From NCBI RefSeq assembly GCF_009914755.1, contig NC_060925.1: DNA of 64,000 nt. The stretch is one strand, 5' to 3'. Below are positions 1 through 13,500 of this stretch, one piece after another; within the stretch, counting starts at the first letter, position 1, and the number at the start of each line of letters is the position of its first letter. A program made the position numbers and the translations under genes. The notes below the pieces were generated by a model. That model ran no database searches, was not told the origin of the DNA, and saw nothing but the letters and a program-made list of their open reading frames with translations. The stretch comes from the human T2T-CHM13v2.0 reference genome, Homo sapiens.

Positions 1-388
1 ATGTGCAGACCTGGTTGCTCTTAAATCAATACTGTTATACTTTAAAGTCTCTGATAATTTTTCAATCAGAAAGTGTTTGTTTCAAAGCAAATGATCAGAT
101 ATATTATTATAGAAGGTATAATTTTGAATTTTGGTTAAGCCAATAAAATGAACAATTAATATAAAATGGTATCAGATCAGATATAAATAGCTATTATCTG
201 GAGCATTTTACAAGCTAAAGAATATTCGAGACACTTAAGAGATCAGAGATGTTTTCAGTCTCCTAAATGAGACCATAAGCTGTTTTCATGTTGTGGTTAA
301 ATGCTCCTCCTTTTGGTCACTGGAAGCAGTTCATCTTATCTGAACCCTAGTGTTTTCATTTTGGAAGCTATCAACGCAACTAACTCAG

Positions 389-419
<31 letters not shown>

Positions 420-435
420 CGCACACACACACACA
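389..435. repeat. (CA)n microsatellite, interrupted
   Basis: AC run with a TGCGC interruption at ~418-422. Confidence 0.95.
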
Positions 436-675
436 TTCTTTAATGTAACATGGTAATTCCTTTTCACTGAGAATTGATTTTTAAATAATTTTTCAAAATA
501 AAATAGAATATAAAATATTGTCTCATCATTGTAATGAAATGTTATCATGCTGGACTTTAAATTAATGGTGTCTTTTCTTTGAAATTCCTTAATCAGAGTA
601 CATCACTTCTAATAGCTCTCTATTGAATCTTCCTCAGAAACAAGGATGGAAGGCTATCATAAATGCCACAAGAGA

Positions 676-985
<310 letters not shown>

Positions 986-3479
986 CTAGAAAAGCATTCA
1001 TAGGAGAGAATATTCATTAGGCCAGGAATGATTCAGAGAGGGAGGGTAGATAAGTATATCAAGTTATCCCATCAATTTCCACCTAGTAGAGAGGAAAAAG
1101 CTAGTCGTTGTAAAGAAATGTGGAGGGTCTGAAATTTTCTTATCCTTGGAAACTAAAATACTAGCCTGCTACACTTTCTGGGATGGTGGTATAAGACGTG
1201 AAAAGTCCTGGGTCAGAGACAAAAGAAAGTTTACTACTCACTTCAATAGCAGTATCCAAAGTATCAGCATTTTTATATCAGTTCCTGGAGACCCACTTCC
1301 CACAGGGAGATGCAAAGAGAGCGAGAAAGCACCTAACTCCACAGTGGATTGTGTTATAGGAGAGAAATCCTGAGCTAGGGAATATCAACCTTTTATGAGC
1401 AGTAAGTATGCTTCCCGTTTGCTTTGGAGAAAAACATTATCTTTATTATACTGGACAGTAAACATGTCTGGCTTTTGCTCCAGAGAAAGACATTATCTCT
1501 ATCTTTCAAGGCTGTTCACTGTACAAATATCCTTGAACATTTATTTTGGAAGAAAGAGTACAAAAACACTAGAGACCCATAGAGAACTGTCTTCCAATAG
1601 TCACCAATAATAGACTATTCTATGTCATCTTTTTTGTGCTCAGAATATGTGCGTGTTCTATATCAGTTTCAGCTATTTCTGAAAGGATGTCATGGAACCC
1701 AGAGGCTAACAAGAGTATGTAACAGCCAGGGAACTATTCCTCAGTGTAACAGAACAAAGCTGCACTATTACCAATGAGAATGGATACTCTTTGTCCTATT
1801 AAAGATGTCAGGCACTCTATTATGACTGATGTTTGTAAGGAAAATAGCTGAAGAAAACATCTACCAAGAGGGCTTATCTTGACAGATATTCATTAAATGA
1901 GTTATAGAGCCCACAATTCCCTTCTCTTTCCAACAAGAAAAGTCTTATGAAGGCTCTGCAGTCTTTAACTCAAAAATAACAAAATATTCTATTCTAAGGA
2001 ATTTTATTCTTTTGGAATGTTGATAGGTGTAATAAAGGAAATAGCTCCACGGCCAAGTGAAGTTAAAGAAATGCTAGGTTCAGCAAAGTTTAACAAGCAT
2101 TTTTAATACAGGACTTATCAGAGCCCTAAGCATATTAATACGCATTGTGAATCTTCAAGGAAGATATACTACTTTCCAAACAATAGGAACCATAGATTCC
2201 TATTTCTCAGGATATCTCAAGGGGTAGAGTTCAATGGACAGCTGCTTAGAAATGCCTCATTAGAGGAACGGCTCTCTCAGTGGGATGGATGGTGGAAGAC
2301 CAAGGTACTTCGGGAAGATACTGGCTGACTGGTCTGCCCTGCCTGTAGACAGAATTCCTGTAGATAGCAGCTAGCAGTGATGGATCACTTCCTGCTTCCT
2401 TGATTAAATGCTGGTGGTAATATCCATTACTGACTGAAATCTAAGGAGGATAAACATGTATAATTTTAATATCTATGTATAAAATTCTCACACCAAACAA
2501 GCCCTAAGAAGACATCTTTCCCAATCCTCTCATTTTCAAATGAGGACTGAGGATGTAAAGATATTAAGAGATTTCTCCCAAGTCACAAAGTTGGTCAATG
2601 AAAGAAATATGACTGGAATCCAGGTCTCATCAATTCCAGCTTATGTTCTTTTCACTAACAGCAAAAGTGCCATTAATACATCACTGATACTGAGAAGGGA
2701 AATCAGGCTTTGTTGTTGCTGATGTTGTTTCCTAAAGAGACAAAAATATGAGTGGATTCAGGAAACTAAGAAGCTCCAAAAATGCTAAAAAAAAATGCAT
2801 CATACCTCAGGATGGGTGGTGGCTTTCACGGACAGAGCATGTGCGCATGGCTACGGCATTTCCTAAACATACAAAGCACCGTCTACAATAATTTTCCAAA
2901 GAGAGAATCATGTTTATGTGAGTAACAAGAGCATCTTCAATTTCACTACCGTGATAAGGTTTCCTGAGCCATGGATCTTCATGCCTCAAAGAGAGGACAG
3001 CTTCTCATTCAAAACAAAGAAACAATTGCTTAGGCTTAAAATTAGATGCTTCGTCAGGGCTGATGCCACTGAAATTTGAGGCAATTCAATGTTAAGTTGT
3101 GATCTGACAGGCTCTATGGCATATTGTGTATGCATAATAAAATATGGTGTTATGAAAAGACTGAAAAATTTGAGCCCTGGAAAAAAATCAGTCACATTCT
3201 TTAGGAGATATTATTAATGTATTTTTAATCAAAAAATTTCTAAACCATTTAAATGTTCCATTGTCTTTAGAATAACTCACTTCATGGGTACAGCCAGTCA
3301 TTTGTAGATTTAATTAATAGGTTAACACATGCAAACTTTTTAGAACAGTAGCTGCAGGTGCCAAATACATAAAAGCAAGCAACTATTCCTTAGTAACGCA
3401 GTTATAGCAGTGATATTTAGGTGCAAAGAAGTCACTCCTGACAATACAAAACTTTTTACTTTAAACTTACACTACATAT

Positions 3480-4194
3480 GTATATAGCAAAAAACTCCTA
3501 TATGCTACTACTCACATCAATACTTTTAGCCACCAAATGTGTGGGTTTCTCCTCACAATAATTCAGTTCTCCAATGGACACTGACTGGTATCCTATAATT
3601 TAACTCAGTTCTGATATTACCTGAAGATAGCATTAGACCCCACAGGCTAAGGGCTCAGTCCCACAAGACTGCTTCCCCATCCCCCAATTTCACACGCCAA
3701 TCATAAGTGGCAGGTTCCCATGTTATATTAGGATATATACCACTTTTGTCCAACTTGTCTACAAATCAAAGGTTCCCATAACTCCTCCTCAGGTTTAATC
3801 ATTTACTAGAATGGCCTACAGAGCTAGGAAAAGTTTGCTTTCTAGATTACTAGTTTATTACAAAGGATATATTAAAAGATGCAAATAAATAGCCAGATGA
3901 AGAGATATATAGGGTAAGATCCAGGGTCTTGAGTATAGAAGGGTCTTGAGTATAGAAGCTTCTGTATCAGTGGAGTTTTGGGGTACACCTACCCCTACAG
4001 CAGGTGAATGTGTTCTTGTTCATCAACATGGAAGGTCTCTGAACTCCATCCTTTTTGGTTTCTATAAAGGCATCATTACATAGGCCCGATTGATTAAATC
4101 ATTAGCGTTGGTAATTAAGTCAGTTTCCAGTTCCTCTACACTCCCAAAAGGTCAAAGGTCCAGGTGGGGCTGAAAATTCCAACCCTCTAGTCTA

Positions 4195-4247
<53 letters not shown>

Positions 4248-4545
4248 AAGTTTCCATAGCAACCAGCTCCCATCCTGCAGTTATCTAGGGGCTTTCCAAA
4301 AATTGCTTCATTAACATAAACCCAGGTGTGGTTGAAGAAGACATCTTATGAGTAATAAAAGACACTTTTTTCACCTTTATCTGGAGCTATTTCAGGAACT
4401 AAAGACAAAACCCAAATATAATCAAAAATGATCCTATAGCTCTAATCACTGAGGAAATTACAAGAGTTTTAGAAGCTGTAAGCCAGGAACCATAGACAAT
4501 GACCAATATATATATATATTTCTTATTATATCATAATATAATAAT
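3480..4545 (-). mobile_element. ERV LTR, MER21-like
   Basis: Motif CCCACAGGCTAAGGGCTCAGTCCCACAAGACTG and terminal GACCAATATATATATATATTTCTTATTATATC resemble MER21; contains (CA)n at 4196-4243 and a ~17-bp tandem duplication at ~3922-3958. Confidence 0.75.
4196..4243. repeat. (CA)~24 microsatellite
   Basis: Perfect AC run. Confidence 0.97.
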
Positions 4546-5082
4546 ATTTCTCATGTGAAAGTTACTTATCTATCGACCCATCTGAACAATAATTCTAAGA
4601 ATGAGACTCTCTGTCTGGTTATAGTTCATGTTGCCTTAACTCGGAGCTACGGACACATTATGATCTTTGATTAAGAAGTTTGCTTTCAGTTGTAAAGTGC
4701 TTTTCAATTAAAGAGTAAGCTGTAAAACCAGCTCATGAAGGCACATATGGGATATGAGTACACTAGTGGAAAAAGCACAAATCAATGCAATTTTGAAATA
4801 CTGAAAAAGTACATTATTAACCTTACTGAAATAACTGATGGGTTCCATTTAAAAATAAATACTCCTTTCCTATAGGATTAAGTAGTGAGTAAGCATGAGA
4901 ACCCTGAAATTGACTTGCCTAGGCCCAAATCCCAACTCTTCTACTCACTGATTATGTGACCTTCAGCTAGCTACTGGATTACAATGGGCCTCTGTTTTCT
5001 CATCTGTCAATATGAGAAAATAATACTGCCTGTGTAATGGATAGCTATGGTGAATAAATGAGACAATGCATATAAAGCTAGC

Positions 5083-5279
5083 ACACATTGAGCATCCCAA
5101 ATCTGAGGTGCTCCAAATTTTCTGAACACTGACATAAGGCTTATAGGAAATTCTCATTGGAGCATTTTAGACTTTTGAATTTGGTATGCTCAACTGGTAA
5201 GTATAGTGCAAATATTCAAAATCTGAAATCCAGAACACTTCTGGTCCCAAGGAATTTGGGTAACAGATATTCAACCTGC
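5083..5279. mobile_element. Tigger4/MER46-type MITE inside a MIR
   Basis: TTGAGCATCCCAAATCTGA...ATATTCAACCTG termini; internal CACTTCTGGTCCCAAG. Confidence 0.75.
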
Positions 5280-5451
5280 ATTTAGCACATAATGTGTACC
5301 TCATAAGTGTTTATTCTTTACTATTTCCAAAGAAAATTTCACAAGTTAGTGGGATCAAACAATTCTGTCTTGGGGTGGTAAAATAAATAAGGTTTGTTTT
5401 AGAAGAATCTGATTCAAAGTTTTATAGAATCCTATTTTTAGGTCCTTGGTA

Positions 5452-6250
5452 CTGTAGGGAGCAAAAAGGGGTGATTCCTTTCCTTCCTATCATAACAGTT
5501 GACACCTCTCTAACAAAGGCAAATTAACAAGAGAAAAGCATAACAAATTTATTTGATCGTAGTTTTGTGTGACACAGGAGCCTTCAGAATGAAGACCCCA
5601 AGATATAGGGGCAACTATTCCTTTATTATTATTTTTATTTTTGATTTAGGGTCTCACTCTGTAGATCAGGCTGGAGTGCAATGTCCTGATCATAGCTCAC
5701 TGTAACCTGTAACTTCTGGGCCCAAGTGATGTTGCACCTCGGCCTCCCAGAATGCTGGGGTTATAGGTATGAGCCACCTTCTCTTGGCCCATTTTTATGC
5801 TTGGGTTCAATGAAGTATGGAAAGCTGTGTAGAAATATGATTGGACAAAAGGGGTATGATCCAGCAAGGGGAATGGGGAAATCCAGCAAGGCCTGTCTGT
5901 TCAGATTTCTTCTTGGCCTTTCGATATAACATTCCTTCCTCCCAGGTATGGGGTAGGACCCCCTGGAATGAGGGTCTTAATTTCTTTATGGCCAGCAGTT
6001 AGCAAGAAAGAGAAAGGGAAGGGAGGGAGAAGATTAGAGTAAAATGTTTAGGCTCTAAGGCTGGTTTTGGGGAAAAGGTTCTGGTTTATATGACCCACCT
6101 CAGGGAAGAAGGATTCCAGTTTCTATGGCTTGCTTCAAGGGAGAATAAGAGAGTGAGAGACAGGAGGGCAGGAGAAAGCTAGACAGAGACTTTGCTTCTG
6201 AGGCTGCTTTTTATTCCTTCATTTTGGGGTATCATTTTTAGCCCCAATAG
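5452..6250 (-). mobile_element. ERV1 LTR (MER31/MER67 group) interrupted by an Alu monomer at ~5625-5790
   Basis: Ends TTTTGGGGTATCATTTTTAGCCCCAATA, the reverse complement of the TGTTGGGGCT...ATACCCCAAAA LTR start; FLAM-like insert. Confidence 0.65.
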
Positions 6251-7098
6251 ACCACCATCTCCTCTGGTACAAATTCAACTGCCATTTTGGGATCAAGTCC
6301 ACATTTGACATTACCTCTCAGGCAACTTTCTGGGCAAAAGAATTTTCTAGGGAAGGTTTTATTTTTCCCTGTCTAGCATTTTTAATGGCACAGAGTCAAG
6401 GATTTCAAAACTGTTGCTAAAGGTAGCATTTATCTTGCAGGTATTAATTCAGAAAGTGCTAATGGTTGCAACAGTCTAAACAACTGAAACTTAAAACAAC
6501 AACGTTTTCTTTTAGCTCAGCCTCTTCCCACAAAGCTCAGAAATGGTATGGGGAGCAGATGTGCACAGGGTGGATAGAGAATGCAGCGTAAAATCCTGCT
6601 GGTGGTTTTGGTTTAGAATGTAGATTTTACTTGCACTCTTACCAGGTAGGATCAACTGAAATCAAATGCAAAACAAAACAAGAATAGCAGGTTGATCTGA
6701 AAGAACAATCCCAGCATTGACATCATCAAGGTTTAAGCAGATACATATACATAATACATAAATTTAGTATGAATTATTTATGAGCTAAAGGGTTCAGGTT
6801 TTAGAGCCTGTAGTATAATAAGAGTTATACTGAAAGTCAGAACCAATACAAGAAACTGAAACACTTAAAAACTCATTATTTCAATATTTAATATCAGGTC
6901 CTGTGCAGGGTATTGATAATGGACATAAAAGTGAATCAAGATACAGCCCTGCCCTGGAGAGGCTCCCAGACTCTGTAGTGAAGAGGCATGTAAAGAGACA
7001 AATGAGAGCATGCCATGGTAAGTGCTGTGGTCACACAAGGAAGGAAGAGTTATACTTGCCTAGAACCTGTGGAGGCTTCATAGAGAAGGTGACTTTTA

Positions 7099-7395
<297 letters not shown>

Positions 7396-9013
7396 AATTA
7401 CGCCTTCAAGGAACAACTCAGCCCAGCCTGAGTTTTCTTACAGCTAACAACAAAACAACAATGTGACACAATTGCTGTTACCATACAACCCACTAGAGGG
7501 GTTACAGATATTCTAAGTCTCACCACAACCCTAAAAGGTAGTTATATTCCAATAGACTGATGAGGAAACTGAAGTTCATAGCTAGAGATACAAGATTTAA
7601 GCCCAGACCTATTTCATTCCAAATCCCTTACCATAGCCCTGCATAGCCCAGAAATATCTACTTCTGCTTCTATCACCAACCTGTACATGGTTAACTTGTA
7701 ATTACACAGTCTTTAGTGTGAGAACTACTAACTCTGGAAGTCCAATTAGAATGTCAAAATTTAGCCTAAAGAATTGGGTATAAAGTGAAAGGTCAAGACA
7801 GAGTCTGTGCACCCAGTTCATCTAGCTCACAGTACCCTCTCCTTCCTGGAGATGTGCTGAACTTCAAGCACATTTGCTTCAAAATGGTTTATTCTGGTTT
7901 GTGTGTATGCATGATTCCCATGAACTATGAACACCCTGAAGTCGGAGAATAAGCCTTGTACTTCTTTAAGACCCTCACTCAAGTTGACTGATTGCTAATT
8001 CTACCAGTCCTTTACAGAGAGCTTGCTAAGTGTGGATGTTAATGTGAATTAGGTGGACTGAGGTAAGATCACTAGATTTAAGGTTTACATGCTACAAAAT
8101 AAGAAGAGGTGAACTAACCAGTGTAGCATAGTTTTTAGACTAGTGGCTTTCAAGCATTAATGTGCATGTGAATCACCTGCCTACACGTGAAGAACTACCC
8201 AGTTGATCCAATTAGAAGGCAGACACAAGAGTAGCCAAAAGTATTGCAATAAAGCAACTTGGGGTGGACTCAACTTGCAGGGGATTCAGATCCCAGGTTT
8301 CCAAACCTTTTTGCTATTCCTGGTTCTTTTGCTTTCAGTGAAGAGTAGTTAAGTACAATAGTAGCTCTCATTTACTGACTACTTACAAAGTGATTGGCAC
8401 TGTTCTTGGTGCTTTGAGCATATTAGCTAATTCTCACAGCACCCTGTAGTACTATACCTATAGGGATGATAAGGGGATGTGGGTGGTGGGGAGGGGGCAG
8501 ATAAAAAGAACAGTAAATTTCCTAAGTTTAAACTGGAAGAATAGGGATTTCATCCTGGTTCACCTGAGTACAAAGTCTAAGGTTCAATGATTCCTTGACA
8601 CTGGGTAGCAAGGGAGCATTTCAGGGATGCCTAAGCTTGTGGTCAGGTGCCAACGGTACAAAGATAGAAGTATATCAGAGAGCCCTTGCAGAATAAGGCC
8701 CTCCACAGGAGGGTTGTGACCTTGGTACTTGCCTCACTGTGTTTAAATTCAGGTAAGGTAAGAGAATTGAAGAGGTAAAGCTACCTTAGAGAGTATTGCT
8801 GCATCTACCCTGGTGACTTACAAGGTACTTGAATTTTTTTTTTTCTAGCAAACTGCTAAAGTTAGCCTTTGCCTTTTTCCCAGAGACTCTCTAGGAATTT
8901 TTCCCATCTGCTGACTAGGAGGTAAGCCCGGACCTAAATTTTTGTCTTGTTGTAGGTTAATTAAGACTGGTGTTAGATTCAGCTCCTAAGGCCTAAGAGA
9001 ATTTAAGGTTGTC

Positions 9014-9853
9014 TTCTGGGAAGGACACCCAACAGCAGCATTGGAATTGGAAAAAAAGTGTAGGATTTTGCTGAGTGAGCAGGGGGAAAGCAATGTAAAG
9101 CCCAAGAGAATATCTTTTGAACAAACGTCCTTTTCATTTTGGTTTAGAAATAGAAACGTGGTAAAAGGAGGCGACTGTTTTCTGAAGGCTTGTAGCACGA
9201 AAACAGGCCAACTGGCCAGCAACTAGTTGTCTATCAGTTTCTCTACTCACATACATCTGCCTTTTCCAGACTGCCAGCGCGGAGCACTAGTTTGACTTTG
9301 GGTGCTCTTCAAATAGCTGGCATTGATAAGGCATTCCCAGAAGACTGTGTTACTTAGTAATCTTGTCGGTACATTTTTTCACTGGGCAGAGATTTTCCAA
9401 ACAGAGAGCTGCCAGCTTTCAAGACGTCAGAGTGCTTTTTCATCCTGAAATTGGGTGGGAAAATGGGGAGAAGAAAAGCACGGTTCAGATCAATCAATGA
9501 GAGAGAACCCCTCCCTCCATACTCGTTAAACAACAGGTGGTTTTGCTGTGCACCGTCAACTCCTTTATGCGGGAGCTGTAGGCGGGGCATTCCAACTGAG
9601 TCTCCCTGGAATCTGCCCCTTAGCCCGTATTGCAGGGGCGGTGCAGTTGGGGATTCCGGCCTGAAAGGAGACTTGGTTGTCAAGGGGCTCAAGGGCTTCA
9701 TGATCCAAGGATATTGGGTTTTGCTTTTCTCCTTCTCCATCTTCCTCATTCTATCCCACCGTCCCCTCCCCACCCTTCTCTTAGGAGGCCTTCGCTTCTC
9801 CTGTGGAGGGGTTATCTTCATCCTGACCCTGGCCTTCGGAGGAGTTCCCAGAA
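9014..9853. promoter_or_regulatory. Three STAT GAS motifs, TTCCCAGAA
   Basis: TTCTGGGAA 9014-9022, TTCCCAGAA 9334-9342, TTCCCAGAA 9845-9853. Confidence 0.55.
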
Positions 9854-10319
9854 GGGCTATTTTTAGTGGTGGCTGCTCCCCTCTAACTTACCCAGGGGAG
9901 GAGCTGCGGTGGCTGAGCCGACGCTGCGCGCACAGCCGCCTGTGGTTTTCCGCGCATTGTGAGGGATGAGGGGTGGAGGTGGTATTAGACGCAGCCGAAT
10001 CCTCCCTCAGAGTCCGCCAGGTGGGCGTCTCAGGGGTGGGAGTGGCCGCGTCGTGAAGCGGAGAGAGGATTTCTCTCCTGGTCCTGGAGAAGGCCCCCGG
10101 CGGCCGGCGGCATCCCTCGCTGGCGAGTCCCGGGAGCGAGGTGGTCTCTGCAGGGGAGGAAGTTCCCGGGCGGCGCGGCCTGCGTCACAGCGGGGCTGGC
10201 ACCGCGGAGTCGACTCGGCGGGCGGTGGCGACCCCGGGGCCGGGCGCTGGGCGGCGCTGGCTGCCGCTAGCCGGGCTGCGTGCGGGGCGGCGCTGGAGGC
10301 GGCTCCGTCCGCGGCCGGG

Positions 10320-10557
10320 GAGGCGGAGGGGAGGAGGGCTTGCGGGGCTGGGGCGTTAGCTGCGTCCCGGCTGGAAGCCCGCGAAGAGAAGTAGGAGGAA
10401 GGCGCCGCCGTGGCCGCGGCCGCAGTGCTCGGGCGCGACAAGCCATGAGCAGCGACCCCGCGGGCGACGCCGCCGTCCCTGGCAGCCGCTGAGCCCGACC
10501 CCCAGGCAGCTCGCCGCTCCCTAGCACCTTCTCCAGTCGACACTCTCGCGCCCGGAG
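10320..10557 (+). other. LRRC8C: LRRC8C exon 1, 5' UTR; start approximate
   Basis: Donor GAG|GTAAGG at 10557/10558 inside the CpG island, followed by intronic G-runs; joins the exon-2 acceptor at 63706. Confidence 0.85.
10445..10492 (+). CDS. uORF MSSDPAGDAAVPGSR* in the LRRC8C 5' UTR
   Basis: AAGCCATGA context (purine at -3); 15 codons plus TGA within exon 1; translation not shown by sequence. Confidence 0.55.
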   Translation: MSSDPAGDAAVPGSR

Positions 10558-13500
10558 GTAAGGGCGGGGGATCCGCGGAGGGATGGAGAGGGGCAGCCCG
10601 CAGAGGGCCACCCGCTCGGTCCGCTGTGCGCGCCGGACCGGGACTCGCCCCGCCTCACTCGCGTCCTTGCTTCCCCCCGGCTCTCAGACAGGCAGAATGT
10701 GGTTGCCCGCCCGGCGTGTGGTGCTGGGAACCTTCCGCTACTGCGGCTCAGGAGCCCGCCAACCCCTACCCCACCCAATCCGCGCTAGCCCGAGCGGCCG
10801 CGCGAGGATCTCAGCCTGGCGCCCAACGCCGCGCCGCAGCGGCAGGTCCTGCAGACTGGGCGCGGGGGTGGGGGGGCGGTCCGCGAGGGGAAATGCGTCC
10901 GTGGCCGGGGCGATCGTTGTTCTTTCCTACCTCGAAAATCTCTGAGACCCCGGGGCCAGTCCTTTCCGGTCTATCACCCCCCTGCCACCTCCGAACCCTT
11001 GAAGTTAGCACTTTTGGGCAGGGAAAGGAATTGGAAGGTTTCTCGAAGAAACGTGAGAGCACCGTGTGCTCACCTGCAGGACAGGAGGGAAGGGGTTCAG
11101 CTTGATCGGGCGGGCCCCAGAAGCCAGGTGTTTAGGCCAGCGGTTGAGGCCAAAACCGCTGCCTTCATCCCACGCCTAGGCTCGCTGATCTTTCCCTTTC
11201 CAGCTGGTTCCCACCAATGAGATGATTAGGGATGGAGTTAGCAACTCAGGAGCCTTAGATGTGTTCTGTGGACACGAATGCCTTTCTTTTCTCCCTCAGC
11301 CGGTTCTTCCCTCCCCAACCCCCACGCCTGCCCGGTATACAGCAAAGTCCAAACAGTTTCTTCCAAACCTCGCATCCTCCGTAGTTTTGCAACAGCCGGA
11401 CACCTAGCCCGCATCCTAATGCGGATATTTCAGAGTATTACGGCTAAACTTCCCTTGGTTTCAAATTCCTTAAACATGTTAAAGCCTCAGCAAACGTTAG
11501 GAAACATTTTCAGGTTCCCATCCTCAAAGTAAAAAATAAGAACCAATCCATCTTTGTTGGAGTGCCGGTGTTTGGCACGGGGAGGCTTGAATTACCTCCA
11601 TTTAAAGCAGCCTTTGAAGGAAGGAATAGGTAAAGGAAATCGCAGCCGTTTGTAAGTCACATACTTCTTTCGCGGTAGTGTGAGAAACGTAGCCTTAACC
11701 AACAGTCACATTTCCCGACAGGTATGTGATGGTTTCCCAAAGCATCGATGAGGCTTCAGCGTGGGCAGGTCATTAAGATGCCATTTAGACGAAAAAGGAG
11801 TAAAAGTGGAGTAGTCCTCTTGGTTAGCACAATGCTGCAAAATCGCCAGAGCCAATAATTTTTATACATTTATAAATTCTGTTTATTTTTAAATAATTTG
11901 TTGAAAACCCAAAACGTAATCTGAGCTGCATAAAACTCGCTCAATTCATAAACAATGTGTTGAGTGTGTAAACAAACATTAAATGTATACAGCTCTAGTC
12001 TAGGATATTTGCATTTCTTGTGACTTGCTTTAACAGGGAAGGCCAAGGCTATAATTGGTTTGCTTTACTCTGGAGTGATTAAGTTCTGTCTTGGGGTCAG
12101 TTTGTTTCCTTTGAGGGGGATGTAGGGCAGTTTTGCAAAGATGGATATTTGCCATGGTTCACATAATAGATTGGGCACAGACAGGACCCATCAACCCAAC
12201 AATTGTATCAGAGATACCAAGTATATTTAACAATTTTCTTATTAATAAAATCAAGCCTTTATTAATAGTACTAATCTATTATTTCTCAGATTAAGCACTT
12301 TAATGAAATGTATTTTTAAAAGGGAATGCTTTTAGTGAAAATAATGCATTAGGAGCTGTAAGATAAATGAATGAAAATGTTGCACTTTATTTCCATGAAG
12401 TTTATCTTTTAAAAAACAATACAAAGTTAGAAATATGTTTAACTCCCAAGTGTTCAATTTTTACCAAATTGTTATGATTTTTAATACTCTATAGTATTAT
12501 TAAGTTATAGTCACCTATGACATTATAATAGAGCGAGCCTAAGTTTAAAATGAAATGAGGTGGAAACTATATTTATTTTGCCAAGAATTGTGTTAATGAT
12601 TTAATATGGTACATTGCTATAACATAATCTAGCTGCATGCTAGATACCTAATACACATTATCTCAGGTTCTTACAATGAACCCCTAAGGTAAATGGTGCC
12701 ATCCACATTTTACATAAGAAGGAAGTTCAGAGTTTCTGATTTGGCTGAAGACTATGCAGCTAAGTTAGTGCCTGAATGAAGCCAAGCCTCCTTAGTCTTA
12801 ATGATATACTTTTTTTTATTATCCAAAGCTGCTTATTTATTTTTTCTATATAAATTTGTTGTTAACTCACCATAGTGACTATATGAGGAAACAGAGATTG
12901 TAAAGTTTTCTGCCCAGCGTTTTCCATATAACAGAATTCCAATTTTGAATCAAGGCCATCTGTTTCTAAAACCCATGTTCTTGCCACTGATTTCTCTTAA
13001 ATGACTGATCCAGAGCTTAACCTTATGGACAATTTACTCCTGCCCATCAGCTATTATCACTGACATGACAATGATGGTCTCATGGGCTGTAACACACTCC
13101 CAAGATTTTATACTTCATTTCTGGAGTGTTGACTGTATCTCCAGTTTCAGATCACTCATAAAAGCATATTACAACTAATGAGGGTTACATAACCATGGAG
13201 GTATCCTTGAATCTACTTGATTCCTTTTGAACTATAAATCATTCTGGTTTGGCATGGGGTAAAGAGAATGGCCTCCAGAAAAAGCTGCTGTCAAATTCGG
13301 ACTCTGCCGTGCAGTAGGAGTGCAAATGAGGTCAGATTATTCAACTTCTTTGAACCCTGGTTTCCTCTTGTATAATGGGATTAATAAAGCCTCCCTAGCT
13401 GGATCACTGTGCAGATTACTTGTAATAGTGCATGTAAAGGACAGCTCTTGTCACCTAGTAGGTGCTCAGTAAGGATTAACACCAGTGTATCCTAGCACTG

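Larger units (their letters stand above)
9900..11000. promoter_or_regulatory. LRRC8C: CpG-island bidirectional promoter of LRRC8C / LRRC8C-DT
   Basis: Very high GC and CpG density; GC boxes (GGGGCGG ~10284, GGGCGGGG ~10562, CCCCGCC ~10648); splice donors facing outward on both strands. Confidence 0.95.

Noticed and set aside
8745-8765. Plus-strand donor-like CAG|GTAAGG and AAG|GTAAGA upstream of the CpG island
   Set aside because: Could belong to rare upstream-initiated isoforms, but I cannot define a matching acceptor or promoter from sequence alone.
9966-11105. Overlapping long ORFs on both strands in the CpG island (up to 178 aa)
   Set aside because: Stop-codon depletion from extreme GC content; Ala/Gly/Arg/Pro-rich, mostly non-ATG starts, no recognisable domain.
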